A stretch of DNA of 64,000 nt from Octopus sinensis (lineage: Eukaryota), in the NCBI RefSeq assembly GCF_006345805.1, contig NC_043001.1, forward strand, positions 7,254,001-7,318,000. The letters run 5' to 3'. The position numbers and the translations under genes were made by a program. The notes below the pieces were generated by a model that was not told where the DNA came from, made no database searches, and saw nothing but the letters and a program-made list of their open reading frames with translations. This document shows, piece after piece, positions 14,400-27,889 of the stretch. Within the stretch, counting starts at the first letter, position 1; each line of letters begins with the position of its first letter.

Positions 14400-15300
14400 A
14401 GCTGACATTCAATATAGACTCCCTTTGGCGCAATTACTGCCTCCACGCAATAACAAAGGTTTTTGGCAGTTGTCGCAACCACCGCCTCTTTGCTTTTGCG
14501 TGTCGCACGCACAATACATTGGACCTTGCTTGAAGTACGCCCCATAAAATGAAATGGAGATTATTGAGATCTAGGCTACTTCTGGGCCAGCCGTTTGCCC
14601 TCACAAAAATGGTACTTTCTTGATCAAGGAAGAATTGTGTTTCTTTTGAGTCATAGCATGTTGCAGAATCCTGGATAAGCACCACATTTTCAAACCCAAA
14701 TTCTTGCTGCATGCTGAGTAAGGGATAATTTTTCAGGTTGTACAGCTACTCCTCTGTGCCAATCTTCAAAGCAGACTAAATGCAGTGTGGATCCATGACA
14801 ATTCGACCACTCGCCAAAACTCCAAATACCATCCCAGAGGGAGGATTCTTACTCCCAAACACAGCGGTGGGTGGAAGAAGGTTCGTATGCAATCACTCAG
14901 GAATTCATCTGCGATTCACATGAGTCCACAGTGAACTTCTCGTCCACAAACGCGCGGGTTTTTGCTGTAGATTCATGCTTGATGAACGATAGAGGCTTTG
15001 GGTATTTTTCGCATCTAATTGCTTTGGCCTTCGATTTTAGAGGTGACGGCGTCCTCGAATGTATCTAGTCATGTTAAGGCTCCTGTTCATAGTTCTGGAC
15101 ATCGTGGAAATGCACACATGTCCCTCTTTTATGGGAGTTGTCATGGATGTGGATGGGTTGACTTTAATCGAGCGATTGAAGCCAGCGAGAAAAAACTGTA
15201 TTGCGCTGGGAATGAATTCAAGACTTGTATTTTTCCGTTCTGTCAATCTTCGTCTATTCTTTAAATTGTTTATAGACACGATAAATTGTTGCATTTGGGA
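14400..15300 (-). pseudogene. Tc1/mariner-superfamily transposase remnant (maT/DD37D-like)
   Basis: N-terminal VNPSTSM..TMSRTMNRSL..RRHL, then FVDEKFTVD, QDSATCY and WPRSSLDLNNLHFILWG; frameshifted. Confidence 0.85.
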
Positions 15301-15811
15301 GTCTCGTCAACCTAACAATTTTATTGGCAGTGTAACTGGCACGTACCAAAACAACAATGGCGGAACAATTCTTCTGTTCCATTTCTTTCTATAGTTGAAT
15401 TAGTCCCCTATTTACTTGCAGTATAAAGAAGAACGTGTGTGTGTGCATATTATATAAGAAATATGAAGAGGTAGAACAAAGAAAAATGAATTTATTTACA
15501 TAAGTCATTTTGAAATCGCCTTCGTATGTTTCCTACATATGTTGCAATTAAGATTGCATCATGCATTTAAAATGAAGTAGCAGCATGCGTTTGTGGTTTT
15601 CTGTGTGGCAGCATGTGTGTCTTCTAGATTCCTTTCTACATATATGTTGTGGTTGAACTACGACCGCAGTGGACAGTGTCTAGTTACAGTTCTGAGGAAG
15701 TGGGCCATACTACCATTCTCTTTGCTGGAACTTAGTTTGGTTTTATATAGGCCTTCTGCCACTCCCTTCTTTACTCACTTGTAAGACTAAAAATTACACA
15801 CACACACACAC

Positions 15812-15853
<42 letters not shown>

Positions 15854-15879
15854 TAAATAAAACATATGCATATATATAA

Positions 15880-16180
15880 ACATGTATATATACACGCATA
15901 TATGAGTACAGGACACCAAAAAAACGTCGAACAAAATGAGAAACGAAAACATAGACACAAACCCAAGGAACTGGATATTTTTCTTAAACAACAAAAAAAT
16001 AGAGTACAGGACAAATAACACAAGGAAAAAAGCCCTTCTTCATTCGCCATGGTTTCATCTACTCTACGTTTCGCAGGTGAAGCCGAGACGTATCTTCGAT
16101 AGAAACTTTCCTTCCTGCGAAAAGCAAATCAAATAAAATTTGAGATCTTTTTGCAGAGGGGTAAAAATGGTAACAAAAGC
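15880..16180 (-). mobile_element. probable Penelope-like terminal repeat remnant
   Basis: minus strand has ..atcgaaga..cgaaacgtagagtag..gaagaaggg, a decayed hammerhead-like motif; similar remnant at 47.7-47.9 kb. Confidence 0.4.
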
Positions 16181-16280
16181 AGGACATTAACGACAGTACA
16201 AAATATAATCAGTAAAATACAGGACAAGGAAAATAACAAGACAAGAAGGGCTGTTAAGCCGAACGAAAAAAAAGTACTAC

Positions 16281-16316
<36 letters not shown>

Positions 16317-16460
16317 ACTTTTAGAAATAGCAGCCTAAGAATTTAGCTATTTCCTCTACTTTAAGAAGAGTCTCCCAGATAATGGGAGAACACTGATATT
16401 GAAAACTGCTTGGTAAAATTATTAATTACAAATTAATTAATTAATTTTACCCTTATTATT

Positions 16461-16513
<53 letters not shown>

Positions 16514-16543
16514 TGTGTGTGTGTGTGTGTATATATATATATA

Positions 16544-16946
16544 CAGAGAGAGAGGGGGATTATGAGAGGTAATGGTGTTAATAAAACCCAAAGGTGTCAG
16601 GTAATGCTGAGTACGTGCTATGGATAGGCCATAGTTACTTTCCATGTTCGGTGATTATGCATAATCACCGAATCTGGAGCTTAACTGTAGTCAGTCCATA
16701 GCACTTACACAGCATTACCTGATACCTTTGGGTCTTATTGACACCATTATCTCTCACAACCTCTATTTCTCGCTATTCTAAGCACTTATCTCAGGTAAAG
16801 CTTCAGTAATGGATAAACAATTCCTTGGCATTTCTCTCAAGGACACACCTATTCCTTCACAAACGACTTTAAACAACTGTAAGACCTTCTATTTATGAAT
16901 GTTTAAAATCTTTCACAGCCTTGGGTTTTATCTCGTTCTGAAAATT

Positions 16947-17009
<63 letters not shown>

Positions 17010-17047
17010 GTGGTGGGGTGTACGTGTGTGTGTGTGTGCGTGCGTGA

Positions 17048-17088
<41 letters not shown>

Positions 17089-17103
17089 TATATATATATA
17101 TAG

Positions 17104-17153
<50 letters not shown>

Positions 17154-17999
17154 ATATATATATATATGTATATATATATATACAGAGAGAGAGGGGGATT
17201 ATGAGAGGTAATGGTGTTAATAAAACCCAAGGTGTCAGGTAATGCTGAGTACGTGCTATGGATAGGCCATAGTTACTTTCCATGTTCGGTGATTATGCAT
17301 AATCACCGAATCTGGAGCTTAACTGTAGTCAGTCCATAGCACTTACACAGCATTACCTGATACCTTGGGTCTTATTGACACCATTATCTCTCACAACCTC
17401 TATTTCTCGCTATTCTAAGCACTTATCTCAGGTAAAGCTTCAGTAATGGATAAACAATTCCTTGGCATTTCTCTCAAGGACACACCTATTCCTTCACAAA
17501 CGACTTTAAACAAATGTAAGACCTTCTATTTATGAATGTTTAAAATCTTTCACAGCCTTGGGTTTTATCTCGTTCTGAAAATTTATATATATATATACAG
17601 AGAGAGAGGGGGATTATGAGAGGTAATGGTGTTAATAAAACCCAAGGTGTCAGGTAATGCTGAGTACGTGCTATGGATAGGCCATAGTTACTTTCCATGT
17701 TCGGTGATTATGCATAATCACCGAATCTGGAGCTTAACTGTAGTCAGTCCATAGCACTTACAGAGCATTACCTGATACCTTGGGTCTTATTGACACCATT
17801 ATCTCTCACAACCTCTATTTCTCGCTATTCTAAGCACTTATCTCAGGTAAAGCTTCAGTAATGGATAAACAATTCCTTGGCATTTCTCTCAAGGACACAC
17901 CTATTCCTTCACAAACGACTTTAAACAAATGTAAGACCTTCTATTTATGAATGTTTAAAATCTTTCACAGCCTTGGGTTTTATCTCGTTCTGAAAATTT
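16544..17999 (+). repeat. three tandem copies of a ~400-bp Penelope-like terminal repeat with an inverted 5' arm
   Basis: units at 16544-16947, 17183-17584 and 17598-17999; each has a ~210-bp imperfect hairpin centred on the perfect palindrome ttcggtgattatgcataatcaccgaa. Confidence 0.9.
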
Positions 18000-18069
18000 A
18001 TATATATATATATGTGTGTGTTTGTATGTTTGTGTGTGTATGAGTGTGTGTGTGTGTGTGTGTTTGTGT

Positions 18070-18280
18070 GTGTGTATGCCTGAGCATCTTTGTGTTTCTG
18101 TCATACCACTCGATGATGGTACTTGTGTGATTATAAGCCGGTAACTAACCGGTTCGTCATGAGAAACCGATAGAATAATTAGCAGGCTTTAAATACTAAG
18201 TACTAAGGTTAATTCGTTCGATTTATATATTGTATAAGGTGATGCCCATCATGGCTGTAGTGTAATGAATGAGATAAAAA
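18070..18280 (+). mobile_element. degenerate 3' half of family-2 SINE
   Basis: ccggtaactaaccggttcg..gaaaccgatagaata..tactaag resembles the 62262-62682 copy. Confidence 0.6.
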
Positions 18281-19379
18281 GGTATTTGAACTGATATTTC
18301 AATCGTGTGTTCGTTTACCTCTGTCCTCTGTCCCTATGAAAAATATGATTCTCCATCAAGAAATATTATGCAATGATATATAGCTACCTATTTGTTTTAT
18401 CTGCATTTCTACGTTTTGTTGGACACCCGAAATTGATAGTCGACCTTATTGTCTTTTGGTATTCTAAAATTTAATCTGTCACTCCCTGTCCATTCATTGT
18501 GCAGAACTAAAACAGAAAATGGTGAGAAACGAAAGCTATACATCTAAACCTGGAATGATTGTGTTGGTAAAGTTGTTGCTGAAAGAGTAAAAGGTAAAGT
18601 CATTGAGAGATATATTTAAACATAATTATAACACGCAATATCTCAAACAATGTATTGGCTAAAACAACCTAGGGAAATCTAGGAAGAAAACGATAAGAAA
18701 TTGGTATTGAGGAATAATTATTGATAACACGAATGTTAATATATATGTGGGAAAGAAACATTAAATAATACAAAGATGGTACGAAATGATATAAAACAAC
18801 AAGTAACTTCTGAAACCAACAATGTTCAGCGAAGATTGGAAAAAATGTTAAATGCTACTCGGAATATAATAGATAAAAGTAATTTTATCACTAAATATTT
18901 GAAACGTTATATTTACAAGGACACACATGGGAAATAAAAGAAGAAAACGAAGACAAATTTGTATCGTATGCAACATTTGTTATAACGTGATACTGCATTA
19001 TGGGAAACATGAAAATGTATCATCCATGTGAAGCTGTATGCGTATATGTGCTTATGCTGGCAACTATATATGTAAAACTTCCAAAACATTTAAGTTCCCC
19101 TAATTAAAATGTAAGACAGATAGAAGAGTATTCTTTTTATAACCATAACATGTAACAGCAGATAAAATGGAGATAAGTTTAGGAAAAATTTATCTATTGG
19201 AAAATCAAGATAAATAAGTAAACGCTGCTGTAAGTGCATTATTTATTAAAGTTTCATCTGTGTTTTTTGGCCGGCATAACTGTTTAGCAAATTATGTCAA
19301 AAAATACAGATATTTTTTTTATTTTCTATCTTCAGCCGAAAGACTGCGGCCTGACTGGGGCACCGCCGTTTGGTTTACC

Positions 19380-20050
19380 AGATTTCCACTAAACCTCCGA
19401 TAAGTGATATTTTGTGATGAGGGAGATTGACGTGGCTGCCCTCGTCTGTATTTCTTGCCTTGGGGGTATGTTAATCGGGAGATCCAGTTCTGTTTAAAAA
19501 ACGCCTATATCCACGCCATGGAGATCTCCCAGGCTTTGCGGAAGGATGTTGAAGAGCTGTCGGCCCTTGCATCCCAAGCTCTCGCAGTACATGGTCCTGT
19601 ATCCTAATAGAAGTATTTGAAATTTTAGTACTACGCAATAGCTACCCACCCAACTGCTTTTGTTTAACTGACAATGTCACAGTTTGGCAGAAGTCTTTTT
19701 TAAGGCTTTTCCACATGTACATTACAACTTACCATTCCCGCCCTCGTCCCAGAAAGTAGAGTCTTAACTCTTTCAGTCTCTCCCAGTAGCTGATATGACA
19801 CACTGTCGATATTTTTCGTGTAGCTTCGCTGTATAGACTCGTGGAATGTTCTTAATATTACAGTATTTCGTGAAAACAGTTCGGGGCAGTAATCCAGACA
19901 GCTGAGGGCTGAAGTCCTCCAGAGGACCATCATGGTTTCCGTTTCACACGTATTGAAAGTTCGAAAGACCTATCCGGCCACACAACGTACCACCCTCTCT
20001 AGTAATTGAAATCACGATTAAGCAATCGTGAGACCAATACACTACTTCAT
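19380..20050 (-). mobile_element. CR1/L2-type LINE 3' fragment
   Basis: MMVLWRTSALSCLDYC..SIQRSYTKNI, frameshifted YWERLKELRLY, and YCESLGCKGRQLFNILPQSLGDLHGVD. Confidence 0.85.
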
Positions 20051-20181
20051 AAACGTGATGATGACGAGGAGGAGGAGTAGGGGGAGGAGGAAGGGGAGAA
20101 GGAAGCGATGATTGCCAAACTTTGGCACAAGACCTGCAATATGTGGGAGAGGATACTTTTTTATTTGTTATATTCACACGC

Positions 20182-20401
20182 CAGGAGGGAGTGCTGTAGA
20201 GTTCCTGGCTTTAAGGAACTTTAAGCCTGGTCAGGGACAGCAACTTACGAGATATTTTACAGAACTTAGAGAACCCCAACGACCGCAACTCCGAGTATTT
20301 CTAATCTGAGTGGGGAATATGTTGAATAAAATATCATAATTAACTGACCCTCAAGAATATTCTTTTACCCAAAGCCAGGAGATTTTCAGCACGCCCTCGT
20401 A
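20182..20401. mobile_element. mariner-type MITE
   Basis: imperfect terminal inverted repeats gagggagtgctgtagagttcctggcttt / aaagccaggagattttcagcacgccctcgta; related element at 49732-49957. Confidence 0.75.
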
Positions 20402-20879
20402 TATACATAAACACCCACCAGCACATACACACCCACACAAAATAATACTAAATATATATATATAGAGAGAGAGAGAGAGGAAAAGAGAGAGAGGAAGAGA
20501 GAGAGAGAGGGGGAGAGAGAGATAGTTTTACATATATATATCTACATATATATCATATATATATATATACACTCATACGTTTATGCAGTGACTATTGCCA
20601 TTAAATGCACTAGATGAAAATAAGAGACTGTACCGCATGATATAAACTCCCTTCGTTATTTAAATAATACAATGAGCTTTTATGTTATTAGTATCTCGGC
20701 TATAGTAAATGCTCTTTTATATTTCGCACTGCTTAACATAAGAAGTTTAGTTAAGTCTTATGCTTAATATAGCTGAATTAATTACATGTTAGGGTAAAAA
20801 GAAATGCGTATTTTAAGATTTTATCACTTATATTCGAACATCATATGGGAATGTTCTTCAAACAATGCATAAGTAACCC

Positions 20880-21062
20880 AACCGGGGCCAAGTGAAATAC
20901 TAAGCGGCATTTTGTCTCTCTTTAGGTTCTGAGTTCAAATTCCGTCAAGGTCGACTTTGCCCTTCATCCTTTCCGAGTTGATAAATTAAGTAGCAGTTGC
21001 GTACTGGGGTCGACTGACTTCTCCCACCAAATTTCAGGCTTTGTGCCTATAGTAGAAAGGAT
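20880..21062 (+). mobile_element. family-1 SINE
   Basis: gaaatactaagcggcatttt..gagttcaaattccgtcaaggtcgactttgcc. Confidence 0.8.
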
Positions 21063-21213
21063 TTAATAGTGCTATGAGTACTTGGACGTAACTACATTAA
21101 GAAAAGTGGGTGGGCAACACAGCGTGAGCGAAATTCGAATACCTACTAACACGAAAACCAACGAATAAAATAATTTGGATGACGCCAATTTATTTCACAA
21201 AAATTGATGTTTA

Positions 21214-21241
21214 TGATGATGATGATGATGATGATGATGAT

Positions 21242-21294
<53 letters not shown>

Positions 21295-21342
21295 AATAAT
21301 AATAATAATAATATAAAGAAGAAGAAGAAGAAGAAGAAAAAG

Positions 21343-21377
<35 letters not shown>

Positions 21378-21390
21378 AAGCAACAACAAA
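21214..21390. repeat. compound trinucleotide tract (GAT)n(AAT)n(GAA)n(CAA)n
   Basis: directly visible. Confidence 0.97.
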
Positions 21391-22177
21391 AATCCCAGCA
21401 ATGGTTGAGATGCTCAGGACTCAAAGCAGAGAAAGAGGGGTTTTTAATTGCAGCACAAGACCAAAGCCTCCCCACCAGAAATTACCAAAAACATGTAATG
21501 AAAATAAATATAACAAGTAACTGCAGAATATGTGGAGATGGACAAGAAACAATAATTCATATTATCTCTGGCTGCCCAGTCCTAGCTAAGGAGTATATTC
21601 ACAGACACGACACAGTTGGGACCTATATAGACTGGAAACTATGCCAACATTATGGAATAACAACAGAAAAAAGATGGTATAGGCACACACCAGAAAAGGT
21701 CACAGAAAACGAGAAAGCAACCATGCTCTGGGATATGCCAGATAGAGAAATTAAGGCCAACAGACCAGATATATTTGTCAGAGATCATGAAGAAAAAAAT
21801 GCTTTCTAATTGATGTATCAATACCAGCAGATAACAACGTCTCTCTAAAAGAAATGGAGAAACTTTCTAAATACAAAGACGTGGAAATAGAGGTAACTAG
21901 AATGTTGAATCTAAAAACAGAAACAATTCTTATTATAGTAGGTGCATTAGGCATGATAAAAAGTATTCAGACAAATACATAACAAAAACACCAGGACTTA
22001 CAAACACATATAACATACAGAAAATTGCACTACTAGGCACGACACACATCCTACGCAGAACACTTTCAATACAGTAAACATCAGAGCATCACAACAAATC
22101 ACTGTACATACCCAAGGCACACAGAGCTGCGCTCGGTAGTGAAGTGAAAGCACGTTATAAAAATAAAACTACTGAAT
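21389..22177 (+). mobile_element. 5'-truncated R4/Dong-clade non-LTR retrotransposon (CCHC finger plus restriction-like endonuclease)
   Basis: GFLIAAQDQSLPTRNY..CRICGDGQETIIHIISGC..KANRPD..(frameshift) LIDVSIP..KYKD..IVGALG; 3' end runs into (AAT)n. Confidence 0.92.
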
Positions 22178-23366
22178 GATAATAATAATAATGATAAAAT
22201 CAAATTATAACTCATCATTTGATTTATGACATTTGTGTATTTATAACATTGTAATAAGAGAAACTTGGGTTGTGGCGGTGGGAGGGGATCTATTCCGATG
22301 TCAATTAAATAATATTACATCTTTAATACACCACATCTTTCTCCTTTTCTTTCTCTTTCTCTCTTCCCCTCATATCCCCAGTCGTTCCCGCGTTCCCCAG
22401 TCCTTTTATTTTCTACTCATCCTGTCGTACTGCCTGCGTACAATAGACTGAATACAACTCACAATCTTAGATCCTCTCTATTCTTTTCCTTTTTGTTTTC
22501 GTTCTCTTTCCCACATTTTATATCCACAGGTGTCGCTAAATAAACAACAAACAAAACAATCACTTTCAAACTGCTCTGCTTCTACGTAGTTTGCACGAAT
22601 TTACAAGTAGCGCCCAACAGAGCTGTTAGATTGGCGTAGAACGATTAATAACCTGAAGTCCAAACCATAAGAATATCTAAAGTTAACTATTGCAAAATGT
22701 GTCTGATGATGTACCCACATCGAATAAATGAGCTCCCGTAGGATCCATTGATGTTATTAATAATAACAATAGTATCTCCTCTAGATATGTTGAGGTAGTC
22801 CCATAAAAGTAATTGTAATCTCGATATATATGTATTAATATACAATGCATTAATAAAAATATTGAATCTCCATCCGTGAAGTATTTTTCATTATGTATAT
22901 ATATAAAATTCGTTGTCTCTCTGTTTGTCTGTCTATTCCCTATGCACTCTCAAATGGATCGACCAAATCAAATCAAATTTAACAAGGTAATAGTATCAGA
23001 ATCCGTGAGTGTTAGCATGTTATTTTAATTTTCATTTGGTTTAAGACTGTATAACATTGGAACTGGTTCGTTATTACGTGTCAAAAGTGGAAGAATAACA
23101 TCCACATTGTAATGTGTTATAATAGTTTCACTTCTAATTCTAATGTGATAAGGCTATAATATTGTTTCACTTTCATTCTTTCACCTTTACTTCTAAAGTG
23201 ATAACACTAAGATCACCTTATTTATAACAGATTTGAAATAATTGAGTAATATACATCCTAATGTGAACAACATTCTGCATCCGAAACATTCCGTTTTTAC
23301 GGCCACCACAGCGGAATGATTAGAGAGAGGTCTAATACAATAGCTCTCAGAAACGGACTACGTACA

Positions 23367-23415
<49 letters not shown>

Positions 23416-23598
23416 CCTACACATTTTCTTCTCACACCGTTTTCTGCAACTATTCTCCTTTCTTGGTATGTCATTCTTTCCGGTAAAAATTATTTTCCAT
23501 TCTTTCCCAACGCTAAATTAATACACATGCTTGTTGTTCCTTCGCCAGTCTTTGTCGCCTTTGACATATATATATATATATATATAATATATATATAT

Positions 23599-23684
<86 letters not shown>

Positions 23685-23688
23685 ATAT

Positions 23689-23959
23689 GTAAACATAACA
23701 GGGGCAGTGCTGTTATCGAATACCAATTTTTACATCAAACATAATGAGGAACCATATTTAGAACGCCGAAAATATTGGTGTACTTATATGAACGTCACTA
23801 AGAGCGCATGGGTATCCATATATGAGCAAAATTATCCGTGCTGGAACTTGCATATCGCGTAGTTTCAACGCATTGTAATTCCTCAGTGATATGTACCTGC
23901 TCGCAGCGTATCAACCAGCCTTCCAATGTCAAAGATACACTCATATTTTAGGTGTATGC

Positions 23960-23998
<39 letters not shown>

Positions 23999-24243
23999 AT
24001 GATTTATTCTTTTATTTCTTTCATTCATCTGACCGTGGCCATGATTAAGCACCACATTTAGTCGAATAAATCGACCCCAGGACTTATTCTCTGTAAGCCT
24101 ACCACTTATTCTATCCGTCCTTGTTGTCGAACCCCCAAGTTATAGTGGCGCGAGCACACCAAATTCAGTTGTCAATTGATGACGGGGTGGCAGACACAGA
24201 AGTCACAAAAATACACACATAGACACACACGCACGCACACACA

Positions 24244-24320
<77 letters not shown>

Positions 24321-24890
24321 TAACAGGGGCAGTGCTGTTATCGAATACCAATTTTTACATCAAACATAATGAGGAACCATATTTAGAACGCCGAAAATAT
24401 TGGTGTACTTATATGAACGTCACTAAGAGCGCATGGGTATCCATATATGAGCAAAATTATCCGTGCTGAACTTGCATATCGCGTAGTTTCAACGCATTGT
24501 AATTCCTTAGTGATATGTACCTGCTCGCAGCGTATCAACCAGCCTTCCAATGTCAAGATACACTCGTATTTTAGGTGTATGCGTGTGTATATATATATAT
24601 ATATATAATATATATATATTTATAATGATTTATTCTTTTATTTCTTTCATTCATCTGACCGTGGCCATGTTTAAGCACCACATTTAGTCGAACAAATCGT
24701 CCCAGGACTTATTCTCTGTAAGCCTACCACTTATTCTATCCGTCCTTGTTGTCGAACCGCCAAGTTATAGTGGCGCAAGCACACCAAATTCAGTTGTCAA
24801 TTGATGATGGGGTGGCAGACACAGAAGTCACAAAAATACACACATAGACACACACACGCACGCACACACACACACACACCACACACACAC

Positions 24891-24922
<32 letters not shown>

Positions 24923-24931
24923 CACACACAC

Positions 24932-24960
<29 letters not shown>
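23689..24960. repeat. tandem duplication (625-bp period) including a family-2 SINE fragment
   Basis: copies start at 23689 and 24314 and differ by several substitutions as well as indels. Confidence 0.93.
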
Positions 24961-24963
<3 letters not shown>

Positions 24964-25045
24964 CGACGAGTTTCTATTAATTTCTGAACCCGGGGCCATG
25001 TGGTTGGTAAACAAGCTACTTACCACACAGCCACTCCTGCGCCTA
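24625..25045 (-). mobile_element. family-2 SINE (head at 24965-25045)
   Basis: reverse complement of ggcgcaggagtggctgtgtggtaagtagcttg..ccgggttcag; 3' half duplicated at ~24000-24235. Confidence 0.8.
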
Positions 25046-25762
25046 TAAGTATAATTTCCGACTATTTTTTTTATTAGAATGTTAAATATTGCTCGAGAAT
25101 AGTATTTATAAATGTAGAGTTGCCTGTTTTATAATATTCATACGATGTATATAATGCGTTGTTTGTTTGGTCTGTACCTGGAGCTACACTCTGGATCCTG
25201 AGAACAGAACAACATTGCTGTTTACTCCAGTGAAATATATATATATAAGGAGATAAGTGAATGCTATGCCAACAATACAAATATATCATCATTATCGTAA
25301 TTGTATTACTGTAAAATTCACAGAAACATAAAATGAGAGAAAAATATTTTTAATGGAAGTGTAGATAAAATATGAATAGCGAACCAAAATATGAAGAGCG
25401 AACCAAAAATAAAATTGTATCGTACGAAGAAACGGTACGATAAAAGAGTTTGCAATAACATATATAGAAGGAAGATCTTAATCAAATATATATAATCCTT
25501 TAGGTTATTATGTGATATTGAAATGGTTTCTTTATTCTGCTAATAATAAAATATACGCATTTTAGAATATGCTTGGTGAGATAAAGTGGAAATACTACTG
25601 TATATAAGAGAAAGGACTGCCATAGAACTGAAGAAATAAATTCATATTTTGATAGCACAAAGACACATTCAAAAACCAGAAATGCACAAACACAAGCATA
25701 CACACATGTGTGCATGTATATATGTGTGTGTATGTATATATATATATATATATTATATATAT

Positions 25763-25822
<60 letters not shown>

Positions 25823-25839
25823 ATGTATATATGTATGTG

Positions 25840-25870
<31 letters not shown>

Positions 25871-26672
25871 GTATGTTTGTATGTATATATATATCTATAT
25901 CTATATATATATCAGATAGTAATAATGTAGATGAATGAATGTGTATTATGTACATTTGTGTGTACACTCATAAATATATACATTGTATATATACACGAAT
26001 AGGAAAAATATAAAATGAAGACTTCTGAAATTTATGGCGCAACGAAGAGAATTGTAGAATACGTAACAAAAATATGAGAAGTCTAAAGTACGAATACACT
26101 TAGAGAGGAAATATATTAATTGGCGATAAACGCTTAAACACTAAGAATCTTCCTCAAAATTAAATTCGTTCACTGAAGAATATTTTCTTTTCTTGCATTT
26201 CATTTTATTTAATTCAAAGTACGGATGACACCATGGAATATTTTATTCCCGATATATAATACTTATATTTCGATAACTTGATATCAGAAACATGAGATAC
26301 TTGACCAGATGTATAAGATATCAATCAAAGGTATAGTAAAAAAACGTGGTGATACTTAATAACGTATATGATAAGGAGTGATACACTTCAAAACTTTAAT
26401 GCAAATAATTGTACAACATATTAACGCGAGTTCACGAAAGCAATAACTTGTTAGTTGCAACTTGATATATTACACAGATGTTGAAAGTAATGTATTTATG
26501 TAGTGAATCATATCAGTTCTTATTTAATCTTTAGTTTCATCCCTCTGTTATGTTACAATTGAAACGGCGTAAATACCCCCGTGACACTCTTAGACGATGT
26601 TGAAGCAAAGCGTAGTTGGACTGCAGCAAAATTTTGTAAATACGGATCAAAATAATTTAATTTTAGTTAATA

Positions 26673-27068
26673 CTAGAAGTATCGTCCGGCGTTGCTCGGG
26701 TTTGTAATGGAAATAACTATATAAGCATTTTTAGAGATGTAAAGTATAATAGCCATCTCAATATGGCTAACCACAGAGGGGTGGGGTGTTACTGTAGCTT
26801 TTTACTTTCTGAGACTTTGTAATAAATTTTTAGCGAGTTACTTCCCTTATATATGTCAAAAATGCATTAAAAATGGGAAAAATTGATGGTAATTTTTTTT
26901 AAATCGTAGACTCATCGTAGACGCGCGCTAATACCCAGAAGGGCTCGATATGAATCACGACTATAAGGTACCCGGTTTTGGTTAAACTGCACCGCAAAAT
27001 GTGGGAGTAGTTAGGAATCTAAATCGTAGGAGACAGACAGCACACAACCTCATTTTTATATATAAATA
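26673..27068 (-). mobile_element. non-autonomous Helitron-like element, second copy
   Basis: reverse complement of 1084-1460; intact hairpin cccgagcaacgccgga and CTAG-T end. Confidence 0.85.
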
Positions 27069-27368
27069 TATATATGTGTGTTAGTGTGCAAGTGTGTGTG
27101 TGTGTGTGCGATATAATATAAAGATAATAACCGTAATAAATAATGTATTTGTGTGAGTGTATATCTAGGTATGCGTATACGTATACTATAAAATATAATC
27201 TCATTTAATAGTGTATATTTTCCAACCTCACGCGCGCATAGATGAGTATACATGCACATAATAAGCGCTGGGTGTTGGTAAGCGTGGGGGACTGGTAAGC
27301 GTTGGTGTTTGGTAGCGTTGAGGGTTAGTAATTGACGTATGAGATGTATCCACCTATATCGACCTACT

Positions 27369-27572
27369 GTATATAGGGACGACGGCCTGGCTATCTCAAA
27401 CCATATCAACGGCCACGCTATGGACCAGTTCAGGAAGCACTTGATAAGAATATTTAAGGACTTCGGGTTGTCCATAACGTAACTAGGAGCTTCCTGGCAT
27501 TAATTAAGAAAAACTTCCCCAGAAGCCACAGATATTACAATCCCTTCAACTCCATAATGCCAAAGTGACATA
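27369..27572 (+). pseudogene. Penelope-like reverse transcriptase fragment with YRDDG motif (Naiad-like)
   Basis: 27372-27479 reads YRDDGLAISNHINGHAMDQFRKHLIRIFKDFGLSIT; after an internal deletion [20 protein letters not shown](S)HNAKVTY. Confidence 0.75.
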
Positions 27573-27615
27573 CACACACATATATAAATATATATATAAA
27601 TATATATATATATGA

Positions 27616-27659
<44 letters not shown>

Positions 27660-27774
27660 TATATATATATATATGAATATATATATATATATATATACAT
27701 ATAATATGTATATATATATATGCATATATGTATATATATATATATGTACACACACACACACACACACACACACA

Positions 27775-27865
<91 letters not shown>

Positions 27866-27889
27866 TATATATATATCAGCATTGTACGT

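Noticed and set aside
16544-17999. CRISPR-like or structural RNA gene array
   Set aside because: Eukaryotic context, ~400-bp units, no unique spacers, and homology to a retroelement terminus.
18400-18506. Possible minus-strand exon after a strong acceptor (LHNEWTGSDRLNFRIPKDNKVDYQFRVSNKT)
   Set aside because: No convincing donor before the stop codon; the FN3-like resemblance is too slight.
22690-22725. ctgatgatgtacccacatcgaata as a hammerhead
   Set aside because: Stem II would consume the core GA, and there is no GAAA or stem III.
25074-25308. Minus-strand ORF with possible splice sites
   Set aside because: It contains a (TA)n run, has several alternative weak splice sites, and shows no recognisable domain.
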